Assembly: GCA_964106645.2 (NCBI GenBank)
Contig: OZ067047.1
Length of the DNA stretch: 64,000 bases
From: Podarcis pityusensis
Lineage: Eukaryota
Direction: 5' to 3' (one strand)
In this document: positions 11,101 to 24,674 of the stretch, piece by piece
How positions within the stretch are numbered: the first letter of the stretch is position 1
How the letters are laid out: each line of letters opens with the position of its first letter
Program-made: the position numbers and the translations under genes
The notes under the pieces: generated by a model
What the model saw: only the letters and a program-made list of their open reading frames with translations
The model's database searches: none
Told to the model about the DNA's origin: nothing

Positions 11101-12965
11101 CTCCCACCCCCGTGCGTCGGATCTGTAATAAAGTCAAAAGGGACCTATCATCATGGTTCCAGTCTTCAGCCACAGCCTGAGTCCGGATTGTGACTCTGAA
11201 AAGATGAGAGTGTCAAATGAAGAAAAGGTGGAACTGTCCACCGCAGGACCAGACCGAAGGTCCACCTGCAGGCCAACCCTGTGGCCAATTCGCCCAGGAA
11301 CAAGACTCCCAGTGGGGTTCAATGGGACTTACTCTGAGGGAAGCGTGCGTAGGATTGGAGACCTCCTCCAGCACTCGGGTTCAAACAGCAGTCCTCCAGA
11401 TGCGCCGCGAAGGTCACAGGAAGGGCACGAACCCCTCCCGATTGCCCACCTCCAATCGGGTATACTGCGGCTGTACATGGATGTTCCATTGTGTAGGTGT
11501 TGGTGGACTTTGCAATCACTTGTCTAATAGCTTTTTCAGCTGATTGCAACTATCGCCCGAGCTCTTTGATCATCGAAGAGGTGGAAGGAACCGAGAGGGC
11601 ATCCCAGAAAAGCCGCCGAAGTCCAACGAATTCAGTGGGACTTACTCCCTGACAAGCGGGCAAAACTTGGCAGCCGAAAAGTCGTTTGCTCTGCCTCCAC
11701 TGCGCTGCCGCCACCCCTGGATTTGGAAGCGTTGCATACACGACGTTCGCAACAATTCCTACCCAGCCTATACCTATTCTGTGGTTTCTTAGGAAATAGT
11801 GAGTTTTCATGCGTTTCCCCCCAAACCAGCTTCGATCCTAATTGACCTAGCTGCGTATTCCTTTCACCCTGCACCCTTTAAGCTGCTAATATACTATTTT
11901 CATTTTCGTGGAAAACCTCTGAGCACTTGAGGTGAGGATAATCCACGTTACCAGTGGGAAGCTAGATTTTAAATATTTGAGGCACGACCCAGCCCAAGCT
12001 GGACCACGTGCACCCCGATCCTGTTTACACAGCAGCAAAAAGCAGGTCGCCTTGACTTATTCCCAGCTATAGGTCGCCAGCATTGCAACATTGCGCTCTT
12101 AGGCATCTGAGCCAGAGAAAACGAAGGCCGCCTCTCAGCACCTTTGCGCGTGATACGGGGGTGCCAGATTTGGAGAGAGGAATGCGAGACCATGGCTGAG
12201 GCTCCCAGCCTGCCTTGGCTCTCAAGCCTGGTGTCAGCAATCGCTTTATTTCCTCGACTGACTCGCCCAGCCGTAATCATAGGGGCTGCTTGGCTCAGCT
12301 GCCATTCATGACACATGCCTAGAAAACAGAGAATGTTTCTTTTTAAAACCATGGCAAAGGCTTCTCTAGACGAGCCGTTGATTACCAGGGCGATTACGCG
12401 CCGCTCTGTGCGCTTTTCGGCGCACAAAGCGGTTCGAGGCCGACTTTAACGCGGAGCGCCATAAACCTGTCAATGTCGCGTCCAGCAGAGAGATTACTAG
12501 GGGAAATCGGGAGTGTGCCTGGCAGCGGTCGCTTTCCTGCTTTCGCCTCCTGCAAAAAGCCGAGTTGATTTCAAAGCACGTTCGGCTTTTTGATGACTTC
12601 CTCCCCGGGATGCGGATTTGCGCGAGGATCTAAGGTCTCTCTCCAAACAGAGAGAGATGAGCTAATATTCCTCGTGTGGATTCAATCTTTGCTCCCCGGG
12701 AGATCTGCGCTTATCTTGATGAAACGGACATAAGAAGGAACGACTTTCGCGCATATTTTCAAAAGGAAGAGCAAACTAAGGCAGCGACCCCAAAATCCCT
12801 TTCCTGGAAGTTGGGGGGGGGCTTGGGGCTTCACCTTTCAATCACGCTTCACACCTGAGGCTTCAACCTGGCCTGTGTCTGCATTGCAGAGATGGGGAGT
12901 CTGTGGCCCTCTAGATACTGATGAACTACGAATCCCGTCAACCCTCAGAAGTTGAAGGTCAACAT

Positions 12966-13100
12966 CAGGCATAGGTAAACTCGGTCCTCCAGATGTTTTG
13001 GGACTACAACTCCCATCATCCCTGACCACTGGTCCTGTTAGCTAGGGGTGGCGGGAATTGTAGTCCCAAAACATCTGGAGGGCGAGTTTGCCTATGCCTG
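12966..13100. mobile_element. Palindromic hAT-type MITE (135 bp)
   Basis: TIRs CAGGCATAGGTAAACTCG / CGAGTTTGCCTATGCCTG; perfect 8-bp TSD GTCAACAT. Confidence 0.92.
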
Positions 13101-14065
13101 GTCAACATCATCAGACCCCCCGCTTTGCAACCAACGCGATTACAGTGGCAGCCCCGAAAAGAAAGCCCACTCGATTCGAGAGCCTTCACACGTGGTACCA
13201 AAAAAAATAAGCGCTAAGGGCGCAATCTCCCTTTACGCAGCAGGAGCTTACCCAAAATAAAGTTCCCCGGAGTGCAATGGGAATTACTCTTCAGTAAGTA
13301 TGCATATGGACGCCATGCAGCCTATGCAGGTTTACTCCAAGAAAGCCTTGCCTTCAGTTTGTCTTACTCCCAAATAATCGTACATGCGGTTAAACTCGTT
13401 ACGCACAAGCTTATTTGGAAGTAAGTCCGGATTTCTTTAACCTTCCAATAAAATGCAAGTGGGGTCAGGACACTGCAAAACTGTGCAGGTGAACTCGGAA
13501 ATCTTACTGAATTCAATGGGCTTGTTCCCACGATTGCTGTTTTAGTATGGAAACAGTGGGACAGGGCTGGGAAGAAGCAGCTTGCTGAATAGAAACTTAC
13601 CTCACAGTGGAGTTGCATTCTAGCTCCACTGGACTCTGGACCCATCCTAAACTGCCCCATGATGGCTGAAGGAATATTTCCTAGAGGAATCATAGCCCTG
13701 GGGCTTCCCACCTGGTCCTGTCTAATGTTCGCCCTACTCAGAGTAGACCCACTGAAATTAAAGGGCTGGCGAATTTAGACCCTTTGATTACAATAGGTCT
13801 ATTCTGAGTTTAGCATAGTTGGATAAAACCCATTCTATCAAAGGGCGATCTATTCAAACGTGGCGCAGGATTGGTTGAGCCAACCGCGCTTAGTTTGTAG
13901 GTCATCCTCCCCCGACCCATTTGCCCTTTCCATGTCCGGTTCCTCTTCTCTTTGATGCTATGCATCCCATTTTGAGCACACTGAAGCTCATTTGCTAGGT
14001 CTGATGGTGCTGAGCAGCCTTATCCTATTCAGGTGTTACGTCTCTCCAAAGTAAAACCCACAGAA

Positions 14066-14182
14066 CAACTGATTAGAGTGTGGTGCTGATAACGTCAAGG
14101 TTCGATCCCTGGACTGCATATTCCTGTATTGCAGGGGGTTGGACTAGATGACCCCCAGGGTCCCTTCCCTATGATTCTATGA
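14066..14182 (+). mobile_element. tRNA-head/CR1-tail SINE, internally deleted copy
   Basis: Same blocks as the 41930 copy (GGTGCTGATAAC, GCAGGGGGTTGGACTAGATGA, GATTCTATGA). Confidence 0.8.
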
Positions 14183-16299
14183 CTGCAACGCTAAAACAGT
14201 GCGAGTTACTTCCGATTGAAACTGCATGGGACTGGATTTGAGCCCAGAATTTTGATACTACAATACCTTAGATCGATTCTCAGTGCTAAACCCCAAGGAC
14301 TGATAACATCCAGTTCAGCATTTGTAAGTTCTCTTCATTTCAATGGAAGAAAAGCACACGATTCACTTTCCCACTGAACTATCCAGTATCATTCAAATTG
14401 TGACAGCATGAATACTGAACACTGGTCAAGGCTAAATAGGAGTTGCAAACTGCTCATAGGATTGCCCCAAACAGCACTGATTTTTAAAAGCTCAGTTTTA
14501 ACATCCTTCTCTCAAATATTGTTACAATGGGTAAGAGGGGGAGACACCCAAAGAAGTTGCCTTTGAGTTTAAGTGCTTCTATATGCTGTGTGCAGCGAAG
14601 TTCACTGTCAACCAGACGGAAGGTCGTGCTGCAAAAGGGGTTTTTTTGCCTAGTTTTTCCATCATGTTTAGGATTAAGGTACAACGATCGTCCAACTTAT
14701 GCTAAGGTTCTACAGGAAGAAAAAGGCAAACAGGAGAGAGAGAAAGAGGGGAAGAGGGGGAAGGGGAGAGAGAAAGAAAGAGAGGACTTTATTGAGTTGA
14801 AATTCTGGCTGGCTCTTGCTAAAAATGAGAGAAATATTTGCTCTTTCACACACACATAAACCGCCTGACCTTTGGTTTTAAGAAAATGATGCAATGTAGT
14901 AGGGGCAGGTCTGTTGGCTGCGAGCCTAAGTGCCCCGACTCGCGAGTAAACCAGTCTCAGGCTAAGGGGAAAGTGATATTCCTGTTGCTAAAAGCGTCTG
15001 GCGCAGTTCTGCCCGGCGTGCGCGCCATGGTGCGCTTGGGGTGGGCTTCTGTACCTGCGGCGTGGGGCGCGTGTGTTCCAGCGGAGGGATCCTGGTCAGT
15101 TTCAAGCCGTCGGTTTCGTGCCTATTCTTGGCTCTCTCTCTCTCCCTCCGCCCCCTTGAAGGGGAGCCTGCCCTTTGAAAATACACCCTAAGCGTCGAGG
15201 TGAATGCTGAAAAGGGACTTTGCGGTCACCAGGTCTGCTCATAATATTTGAGCAAGCGTGCCTCCTTTCGCTTTCCGCCGAATCGAACATATTTGTCAAA
15301 CCCTTCGTTTAAATACTGACGTTTTCACGTGGACAGTCGGGTAGCTATTGCTCATTTTGTCTGGGAAGCGCCATGAATGCTTGACTTTAAAGGCTGCCTT
15401 CGAGGTACCAGCAAAAGCCTCTGGGCTTCTTCTGCTTCAGAGCGCACAGAGATGGTTCTTGTTGCTAGGAAAGCGACGTGAGCCTTTTTCAAGACACCCC
15501 CCCCCCCATTTTATAAGCGAATTGAGAAGAGGCCCCAAGGACTCAGCCTGGCGACCTCTTCCATCCAGATCCTGCTGAAATCCAAGAAACTGTGCAACAA
15601 AGATGCTAAAAGGGGCAAGCGGTATATCTGATGTGTTCTTAACCAGGTTTACTTCGGTGCCAGTTGAATGGGACTGACTTCCGCATCAGCATGGATTGCG
15701 GCCTCTGGCAAACTTCCTGTAAAGCGAAATACCACTGCGGCAAACATGTTTCTGGACTGTCCCACTGAACAATGCTTGGGGGCGGCAGGGTATGTGTGTG
15801 GGGTGAAATCTCTCCACCTAATATCATGAGCAAAAACAGGGCTCTAACATAGACTTTCCCTAGAGATGTAGTCCACCCTTCCACCCCAAGTGTGGAGGAA
15901 TTTATTTTATTTCATTAAAAAATGTATGCAATGAATGGTCTTTCAGACGTGTGAGCCCCTACCTGCGGTCTGTTGTGGAGCATGCCAGCCACAAACCAGT
16001 AGTACAGTGACAACCAGGTCTCAGTGGGATTAGTCCTTGACGTGTCCATTAGACTGCCTGGCTGCGTTTCTAAGACACTGCTTAGGGTGGCGTTAAGACT
16101 GCTGCATGATCGGGTCCCGTAGTTCATCCATACAGTGAACCCTGTGTCTCTCACACATCCACACGAAGGAGTCGATGGATGAGAACTGGAGGATTAAGCA
16201 AGCGAATCAGTATCAGCATAAGACTGCATTCATATGCCTACTTTTCTGGGAGTAAGATCCATTAAAGTAATGGGGCTTAACTCGTGAGTTTTGTTTTAG

Positions 16300-16487
16300 T
16301 TTTACATTTATAGCGCGCCTTTCCTCCAAGGAGCTCAAGGCGGCGTACATAGTTCCCCGCCTCCCCAGTTTATCCTCAGAACAATCCTATGAGGTAGGTT
16401 GAGTGACTGGCCCAAAGTCACCCACTGAGTTTCGTAGCTGAGTGGGGATTTGAACTCCGGTCTTCCCAGGTCCTAGTTCAACACTCT
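16300..16487 (-). mobile_element. MIR/Ther1-derived SINE (Squam3-like)
   Basis: CORE-like TTTATCCTCAGAACAATCCTATGAGGTAGG and B-box-like GGGATTTGAACTC; related copies at ~23770-23915 and ~38500-38712. Confidence 0.75.
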
Positions 16488-16805
16488 GCACTCACGTGGC
16501 ACATTATTCCATTTTCAGGACATTTCTTCATTAAGTTCCGCATTATAGTTGAGCTCTCACACGAGGTGAAAGCCACTTCCAGAGCAGTAGTGGAATGTAG
16601 CGCTAGTTTAGCGCTCATTTCCATTTTATTTGAAACCGCGTTTTGACCCTGGAAGCAAATAACACGGAAACGAGCGCTAAAGTCGCATTGTGTTCCACTA
16701 TAGTTCCAGAAGTGGCTTTTACATAGCGGGAAAGCTCAAATATAACGCAGAACTTAACAGTTAGGGGAAAGGGACGGAAACGGAATTAACTGTCGTGTGA
16801 ATGCA
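16488..16805. mobile_element. ~320-bp imperfect palindrome (MITE, possibly PIF/Harbinger)
   Basis: Nested inverted arms: TTAAGTTCCGCATTATAGTTGAGCT / AGCTCAAATATAACGCAGAACTTAA; AAAGCCACTTC / GAAGTGGCTTT; TTTAGCGCTC / GAGCGCTAAA. Confidence 0.75.
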
Positions 16806-19800
16806 GCCCCGCTCTGTAAAGTGTGTCTTTCACGAGGACTGCTCCAGAGCTCGCCCTCCTCGCTTCTTGCAGTGTTTACTCGTTAAACAGCACAGAGGAA
16901 CAAAACCTGATCTGGGAGGAGGACCATGGGACTCAGCTGGACTAGTAGACATGCATTGTATAGGAAACAATGGTGTTTTCTGTTCTTTTTCTGTAAGAGA
17001 CCCGCACCCATTACGGTCCGTGTCCAAACCCTGAGTGGTGCAGCGCAAAACGTTGGTTAATTCAAAGGCCGTGCATCTCGTGAGTTCCCGGTTTATTTAC
17101 TAGGAAGCGCCTTAGATTTCACCCGAGTAAGTTTTAGAGTCACAGCACGACTGACCCAACCTTTGTTGGGTCCGGAAAGTTCCGTGTTAGTGTTTTGGGG
17201 AGGAACTCTGCATACCTAGAGATGGGGGGTGGGGATGGGAGAGGTCAGAGGAGATGTTGACATGCCAATGAAGAGCATAGAAGCTGATCAGATCGCCATT
17301 CCCCAGCCTGGACTCGCCTTAAACATCCACGCGCCCTCGGTTGCGATTCTAATTCCGTAATCAATTCGGATTGACGCGAAGCTTTGGAGCGCCTTGCGCA
17401 CGCACTGTTTCAAAGCCCGCTTCGCTGCATTTGAAATGCTCGGGCCAAAGCCCAGCAACGCGGAATCGGGGGTTTTCTGCTTCAAAAGAACCTGAACGAA
17501 TTCATCTCAGCCTGTCCCCAGCCCAACAAGAGCTGCCTTTGTGCTCTGCAACCGCCGCAGTTTGGAAACGGTTTCGGCCGCGAAGCTGCGCCACTGACTG
17601 TAATGGAATCACACGTCTCCGAGGGGAGACCCCGAAATTAGCGCTCTGCGGAGGTGGCAACAAAGCGGCCTCTTTAGCACTGAAGGCGAGCGTGCTGTTT
17701 TATCCTAAAATAAAAACTGCCTAGGGACAGAATCCAGTTCGGTGAGGTAGGACCCTAGAAGCAGGAGAGAGGATAGTTAACACTATCCCAAGATTTTGAA
17801 GGGAACGTAAGTTTTGGAAGGGGCGTTAAAATCTGCAAGGCAGCCGTGTGTTTCCTTCAAGGTTGCGATCCTGTTTACACTTACTAGAAAGTGACAACTT
17901 GTTGAACCCCGTTAGTTTGTTGCTGTGGCGCGGAGAAGACTTAACAGATTTTATGGGGTGGGTGTGGTAGCGCCGGCCCTATCATTAGCAACAGTAAAGC
18001 GACTGCCTCTGATTTTGAGCTTCATAAAAGCGCAGCAAATAGTTAGTTATTTAATGTGTTGCATTTTTACTGGTAGAGAGGGGACCCGGCGCTGCTGAGA
18101 CTTCCTGTTTCAGGGGCCAACTGATTTCGATTGGACTTACTGCAAAGTAAGTGTGCATAGGACTGCAGCTTTAGCCCTAAATCACAATAAAATAAAATGC
18201 AACTCAACATAACGCAATGCAGTGTAGTGCAATACATCCTTTTCAACTTGGTGAGACTTGTTTCAGATGAAATATGCCCAGGATCGGACTGAGCTGCTGC
18301 AAGTATGTCCCTCCTTATACTACTAGGGTTGCTTATTATAGATTGTGAGCCTGTCGAACAGTGAATGCCAATAATGATGACATACAATACAATATAGTTT
18401 AATATAAAATGCATTAGGCGCGGCGCAAAATTTAAAGGAACAGGTTCCTCTTGTCATGCCCACGATCTTCCTGGAACTTATTTCTTAATAAATCCACACA
18501 GTCTGCGCAGGTCTGGCCGTTCAGTTTTAACCGTAATTGACAGGAAAGTTGAATCACATGGGAAACGTGTTAAGAATAAGGTGGGGTACCAGATGCGATC
18601 ATATTTTCGTTTGTCTGGCAAGGTCGTTTTTTCTTCGCTGTAGATCCCCTCCAGTGCGGAAAAGGGCGAGCTCAGTAGGAGAGAATTTTTTCCTCTCTGC
18701 TCGTTTATACTGTCATTGCTTCGAGCCCTTGATCAAAAGCAAAGCTCCCCCCTCCCTCCAGGGAGTCAGGTGTCCGAAAGGTACACCCAGATCCTAAACA
18801 GGCTCCCTCGGACGCCAGTTCCATTGCGATCAAAGTCGGCTGGGCTGGCTAGCAGTGGCGCACTGGCTCCCGCTCTCAGCTTCACCCAATAAAGCCGAAT
18901 ACTTTGCTGTCACCCATCCCATATCCACGCCGCCTCTGGTTTCAATGGAACTGATTCCTCGGTTCCCAAACAGCGTGCTTTATGAATGTAGTTTGTTTCG
19001 ACTGGGCCATTAGCATATTCTCAGCCAGGGACCAAATGTTCCGACTGCTTTCTAAGCGCAAGAGAAACAAATGACGCCCTATTTTGAAATCGGGTCAGTG
19101 TGTTGTTGTTTTTCCCCAATTGCGGAAGAGCCAGTGAATTCTAACGACGGAAGTAGATGCTCTATCTCACTAAAAATAAACCCGAGATAGACTCTTTGAC
19201 CATTGGCGCTTCCCGGATTCCACTGTTGACTCGAGACTTCATATGTGGAGCTGGTTTATATTGCAAAGGGTCTGACTTGTCACCCTGCACACTATTAAAA
19301 CTGAATTAAAAGGGGCACACACATACGCTGCAATCCTATACATGTTTACCTGGGATTCCTTTTCCTAAGTAAACATTGCACTGCGTAGGTCCAATCCTAT
19401 GGAAGTTTTTTTTCCTGTGCAAGCCCGATGGACTTGAATGAGAGCTGCGCAAGGTTGGTCAGCCTCAGGCTTCACACGACCGGGTCCTTCTACACGTATT
19501 AAAAAAAGATCGTCCTATTTGCTTCCAAATAAAGATGTGTACAGGAAAACTGAGGTGGAGTGGCCGGATGTTTAGGATCCGTGTTTTGTTTATCCTTTTA
19601 AAAATATGGCTTGCTTGGAATTTTTATTATTCAGGTTGAAAAGCCATCCCATTCTGCTATATGTCTCTCTGTTTTGTTTCAGCTCTCATTCAAGTCGGCG
19701 AAGCTCCCGCAGGGGAAAGAAACCTAGTTGGAGATTGTGTTCTATAAGCCTATGCATACTTACTTGGGAGCAAGTCCTATTGAGGGCATTGGAATTTACC

Positions 19801-21569
19801 GTATAGTAGAATGATGCTCAGAAGATAGGGCTCTAAGTGGGGTGTGTGTGTGTATGGGGGGGGGGGGACTTCCACCGACATGAACAGGCGGTTCCCCCTC
19901 CCCGTGATGGGAAGTCATAACCCACAACCATTCAGTCATTCAGTTCAATGGGACAAGAAGACATCCATCCCAGAGTGCATCGCGCGCTGTTCTCGCTCTT
20001 CCTCGCACGGCAGACTGCCAGAGGGATACAACCACGTTGATTTTTGGCCAGCAAAACCCAACAAGCAATCCTGTGGCTCCCCAAACTCTCAGATTTGTTG
20101 TGGTATCAAAAGGCCTGTTCGTCAGCAGGCAGGCACTGCTCCTCGACGGTCCGTTTCAAAGCAGCCGAGGTCTCACTCGTGTCGGTTTCAGCTCTCCAAA
20201 GCGGGGGAGGGAAAGTTACTGGGTCAGTTTCCACGCAAGGCGTGGAAAGCAGACCGGGGCGGTTTCGAAGCTCCCCGACCCTACGACTGAGGTTTGACCC
20301 GTTAGGGTAAAGGATTTCTCACTGACAAGCTCCTCCACAGTAACTGGGTTGCGGTAGATCGGAGCCCCGATTTCAACGCAGGGAGAATCTTGCGTTTATT
20401 TCCACCCAGTGCGCTTAAGATCTGGGGCGCGATCCTCTCTTCTGCCCTGATTTGATGGTAATTTTAATTGGATTTCATTGTTATTGTTTTTGGACATCTG
20501 GGCTGTATTTTGGGCATAGCCGTATCTGTGCTGTATGTTTGGCATAGTTCTCTGGGCTTCGGCAGGCGGGCCAGATAAGTAAACCATAAATAAATAAAAC
20601 AAATACTCCCAATATTAGACCCGTCCCCTCAGACGGTGAAGGAACTATTTCTTTTTCATGTCTTCAGGTCAAGATATACTACATGTAATTGGAAGCGGCG
20701 TGATCCGAAGCATGTGCCCTTAGAAATCGGAGCTGGAGAGTCCTTCGCTTCCAGAGGCGCCTCTGTCGTGGAACTGAAAGAGGCACTTGCTGCGGGACAG
20801 AGGTTTGCAACGGATTTCAAGCAGCCCAGATTTAGTTTATTAGCTCCAGGGAGTGGGACGGGGGGGGGGGCCTTGAGGGCTCTTTCAGCTCTCCAAGCCC
20901 ATTTCCTTGGGAAGAAGGCCCAGTCATTTCAGCCGGACACTTTGGGATCAGATTCCTGGGAAGGCGCCCACAGTCATAGTTCACAGTGTAGCGTTATTGG
21001 TTTTGCATGTGGATCTTTGTCATTCGAGGTTTTATCATGATGATGATAATGTTGAAAAACAAATCGGGAAGGATGCATTCATTGTATGATTAGAGGAGTC
21101 ACAAAACAAGCAGCTTCGTCTTACAGAGCTAAAATTCCCAGTAGCCTTAAAAACTACAGCTCCCGGGATTCTTTGGGAGGCGGTCGTGCTTTAAATGTGC
21201 TTTGAATGTATTGGGTGGGCCTAAATCACTTTGCATAATCCTCAAACCTTATTATTTGTAAGTTCTCTTGGTTTGAGACGCTAAAGGAAATTCCCACTAT
21301 AATGGTGAGTCTTGAAAGCTCACGTCTCCTAAGTTACAAACTGCACCTATGGATTGAAATTGACCGCCACATAGATTCATCAATGAATGAATCCCAACCA
21401 TTTAACCGAACAAAGTTTATAGCGCTGCCTAGATTTGCTTTCACAGATCAACACAGAGGAGAACCTGATTTGGTATCTCTATCTTTAAAATGGACTCAGC
21501 CGGATCCTGTTCAAGAGACCGTATTGTTCGTCAATATTCACACGAGGTACAAATAACGTGTGTGTGTGC

Positions 21570-21602
21570 GAGGGAGGGAGGGAGGGAGGGAGGGAGGGAG
21601 GA
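21570..21602. repeat. (AGGG)n microsatellite
   Basis: Directly visible. Confidence 0.95.
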
Positions 21603-23154
21603 AGCCTTAGAAACACGAACACGCAGCTATTGGACGAAGCCGTCCACTCTGACCCACCTGGGGCCAAATCGGAGCCCAGCCAGGCCCATAAAACAGCGCC
21701 CCGAACGACGAGAGATTGGATTTGGGATCAGCAATCCTGATTTGCAGAGAATATTAAGAACTTAACCGGAACGGCAGTTCAGCCACCTCCAGCGTTGTAG
21801 CCTCTGGGAAGGTGCTAAGAGTACTTGGAATCTGAATCTTTGCACTAAGGCTAGTTTTGCAGGTCAAAGAAAACAACGCCTTTCGCCACGAGTGGAATGC
21901 ATTTAAAAAGGATTATTGTGTGCGTGTCTACACCGTATCCTGCCACTACTGAGGTCAGTGGCAACTTCCTCACACGATTTCCAGCCCTTCTCCACCCAGA
22001 GATGTAGTGAACTAATAGGTTTTATAACTAGAAAATAGCCAAGCGTCCAGAACTGTATTAGATTGGGAAATAAATTGCAATGGAAGGTAATGGACAACCC
22101 CATTTGGATCACTTTCACATGAATGAGCAGTTGCTTTTACGACTACTTAAAATGTATTCTGGGTGACAAGTCTGTGATTATTATTATTAATTAAATTTCT
22201 ATACTGCCCTTCATCTGAGGATCACAGGGTGGTTTAAATATAAAAACACAAAAATGCATAACATAGTAACAAACAAAACACTTTGTTTTATATGCAAGGA
22301 TATTGATGGCTCATCTCCCCTACCAGTAGCAGAGTCAGGGCAAAACTTGAAGCCAGCATCTGCCTCTTCCTACCCCACAGTGCATATGCTGAAAATCCCA
22401 GTCTAGAATGTTTCTGCAACAGATATTGGGCTTCTTGTACAATTCTGGCAGCAAGATATTTCCATTCAGTTGTTTTGTCTGATGTAAGTCCTACCAAGTT
22501 CTTGTACTTTAACATCTCAGCATTATTTCATTAGGAGTTAAAGCATTTTTTTTTAAATAAAAAAAATTCATTTTCCAGTCTGCTAAGTAGGGAATGATGA
22601 AGGCAAAAGGAGGCAAAGACTAGTGAGCATAGTGAAAAGAGAAATAATTCTTGGCTGTGATTTGCTTTCTGTGGTTCACAATTCGTATAGGTTTCTTTAG
22701 AATTTTGCTTATGAGGACTAGAAACCTGCTTTGCCACAAACATGGTCTGAAGTCCAGGGATTCGAAGTTCCACAGCACAGGGCGCTAGCATGACTACACA
22801 AATGCCTGTGCATCATGCAATCACCCCCATATGGGAAGTGCTTGCCTGCCACTGTTATCCCCCTTCCCACAGCTGCCGTTTTGTTTGGATTGCACTGGGA
22901 ATCAAGGCCATTGCCATAAATAGGCTGCAGAGGAGCAAACATGTCAAACTGTAATCACTCATGAAACAGGCACACAATATGCACTTAACAACCTATTGGA
23001 AGTAACTTTACCTGGAGTCAAAGACACTGACTTTCAATGTCCCAACCTACATGAAGCTCAGTTTTCATACTTAGAAGTGTAATTAGGCTTACAGCCAAAA
23101 TGGGGTTCGGCTCAAGGTATGGCAATAATGCATTGCAATCCTAAACATGGTCTA

Positions 23155-23510
23155 AAGGTAAAGGTGAAGGGACCCCTGACCGTTAGGTCCAGTCGTGGAC
23201 GACTCTGGGGTTGCGGCGCTCATCTCGCTTTACTGGCTGAGGGAGCCGGCGTACAGCTTCCGGGTCATGTGGCCAGCATGACTAAGCCACTTCTGGCGAA
23301 CCAGAGCAGTGCATGGAAACACCGTTTACCTTCCTGCCGGAGCGGTACCTATTTATCTACTTGCACTTTGACATGCTTTCGAACTGCTAGGTGGGCAGGA
23401 GCAGGGACCGAGCAACAGGAGCTCACTCCGTCGTGGGGATTCGAGCCGCCGACCTTCTGATCGGCAAGCCCTAGGCTCTGTGGTTTAACCCACAGCGCCA
23501 CTCACATCCC
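23155..23510 (-). mobile_element. Sauria SINE (Squam1), full length
   Basis: tRNA-derived head GGGATGTGAGTGGCGCTGTGGGTTAAACC with B-box-like GGCTCGAATCC and ACCTTT-type tail; imperfect TSD TAAACATGGTCTA (23142-23154) / TAACACGGTCTA (23511-23522). Confidence 0.93.
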
Positions 23511-23920
23511 TAACACGGTCTACTCAGCAGTAAATCCCATTGAATTCAGTGGTCCTTTCTCTAAGTTAAGTGTGTCTAGGATTGCAGCTTCACTGAAGCT
23601 CTCTTCAGGCATTACTCATGTGAGAAGCATGTTGAATGGGGTTAAATATGCACTGTCTTTCCCCATGCTTTCCCCTTTCAAGCAAGTAATGTCTGAAAGA
23701 GGGCTACTGGTATCCACCATTTTAATTTAGTAGCTTCTTCATGGGCACTTCTGTTGATGGACATCTATCAGAATTATATTCCACACTTTTCCCAAGGACT
23801 TCAAAACAGTATATGTAGCTCCCTCTCTTCTTTTAACTCCATCCCTGGAAGGTAGGTTAGGTTGAGCAAGTGGACTGTGGCCATCCTGTATGCTTTGTTG
23901 CCAAGGCTCCCCATTCTAAG

Positions 23921-24110
23921 GTCACATCCACATCTCATACAACTTAAATAGTTGTGGCTTCCCCCAAAGAATCTTGGGAACTATAGTTTGTTAAGTGTGC
24001 TGAGAGTCATTGGAGACCCTTAACAAACTACAGATTCCAGGCTTTTGGGGGAGAAGCCTTAACTCTTAAAGTGGTATAAGACTGCTTTAAACATATGGTG
24101 TGGATGTGAC
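23921..24110. mobile_element. Palindromic MITE
   Basis: TIR GTCACATCCACA / TGTGGATGTGAC; inner arms GGCTTCCCCCAAAG / CTTTTGGGGGAGAAGCC. Confidence 0.75.
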
Positions 24111-24668
24111 AAGTCACACACCACGAATGGGAAACTTTTCAGAGTAGAATTGGCATTCTTCCTGAACAGAATTCCACTGCTGAGATTTTAACCTGGACAA
24201 CTCAATTCTGAAATGTCTTAAAATGAGAATACTTGGACATCAGTGAATTTACTTTATTTCCAAGTGAGTGTGCTTAGGGTTTGGACTGCATCTTCTTAAA
24301 TCCAAGTGTTGGGCAAGTAAGTCTGAAAGCTGAAACCATCTGTTTAGCAGCATTTTCATTTAAAAAAATGAATTATGACATGAGACATTAAAATACAGAT
24401 TGTAATTCAATACCCAAATCTTTGTGTGCAGTAAATAGCTGGCAAGACGAATGTGCAATTTTCTATTTATCGCAAAGCCGGCCATAAAATATATTAGAGG
24501 TCCATACTGCTTTGGTTTTCCCTACAGTGGTCTTAGACAAAGAGAAACATTTCCAAACCATATTAACTTGAAGACATTAATGAAAACAGACAACATGATA
24601 GGAACTTCACTGTGTCAGGGAATGTATAATATATTCTAAACACAGCCACAACATACTAATACATCTTT

Positions 24669-24674
24669 TTTATT
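24669..24674 (-). terminator. Candidate polyadenylation signal for LRRIQ1 (3'UTR ~1.07 kb)
   Basis: AATAAA on the minus strand followed by GT-rich TGTTGTGGCTGTGTTT; ATTAAA variants occur earlier (~25130, ~25015). Confidence 0.35.

Noticed and set aside
23400-23510. tRNA-like sequence (also ~42830-42922 and ~41930-42000)
   Set aside because: These are SINE heads, not complete cloverleaf tRNA genes.
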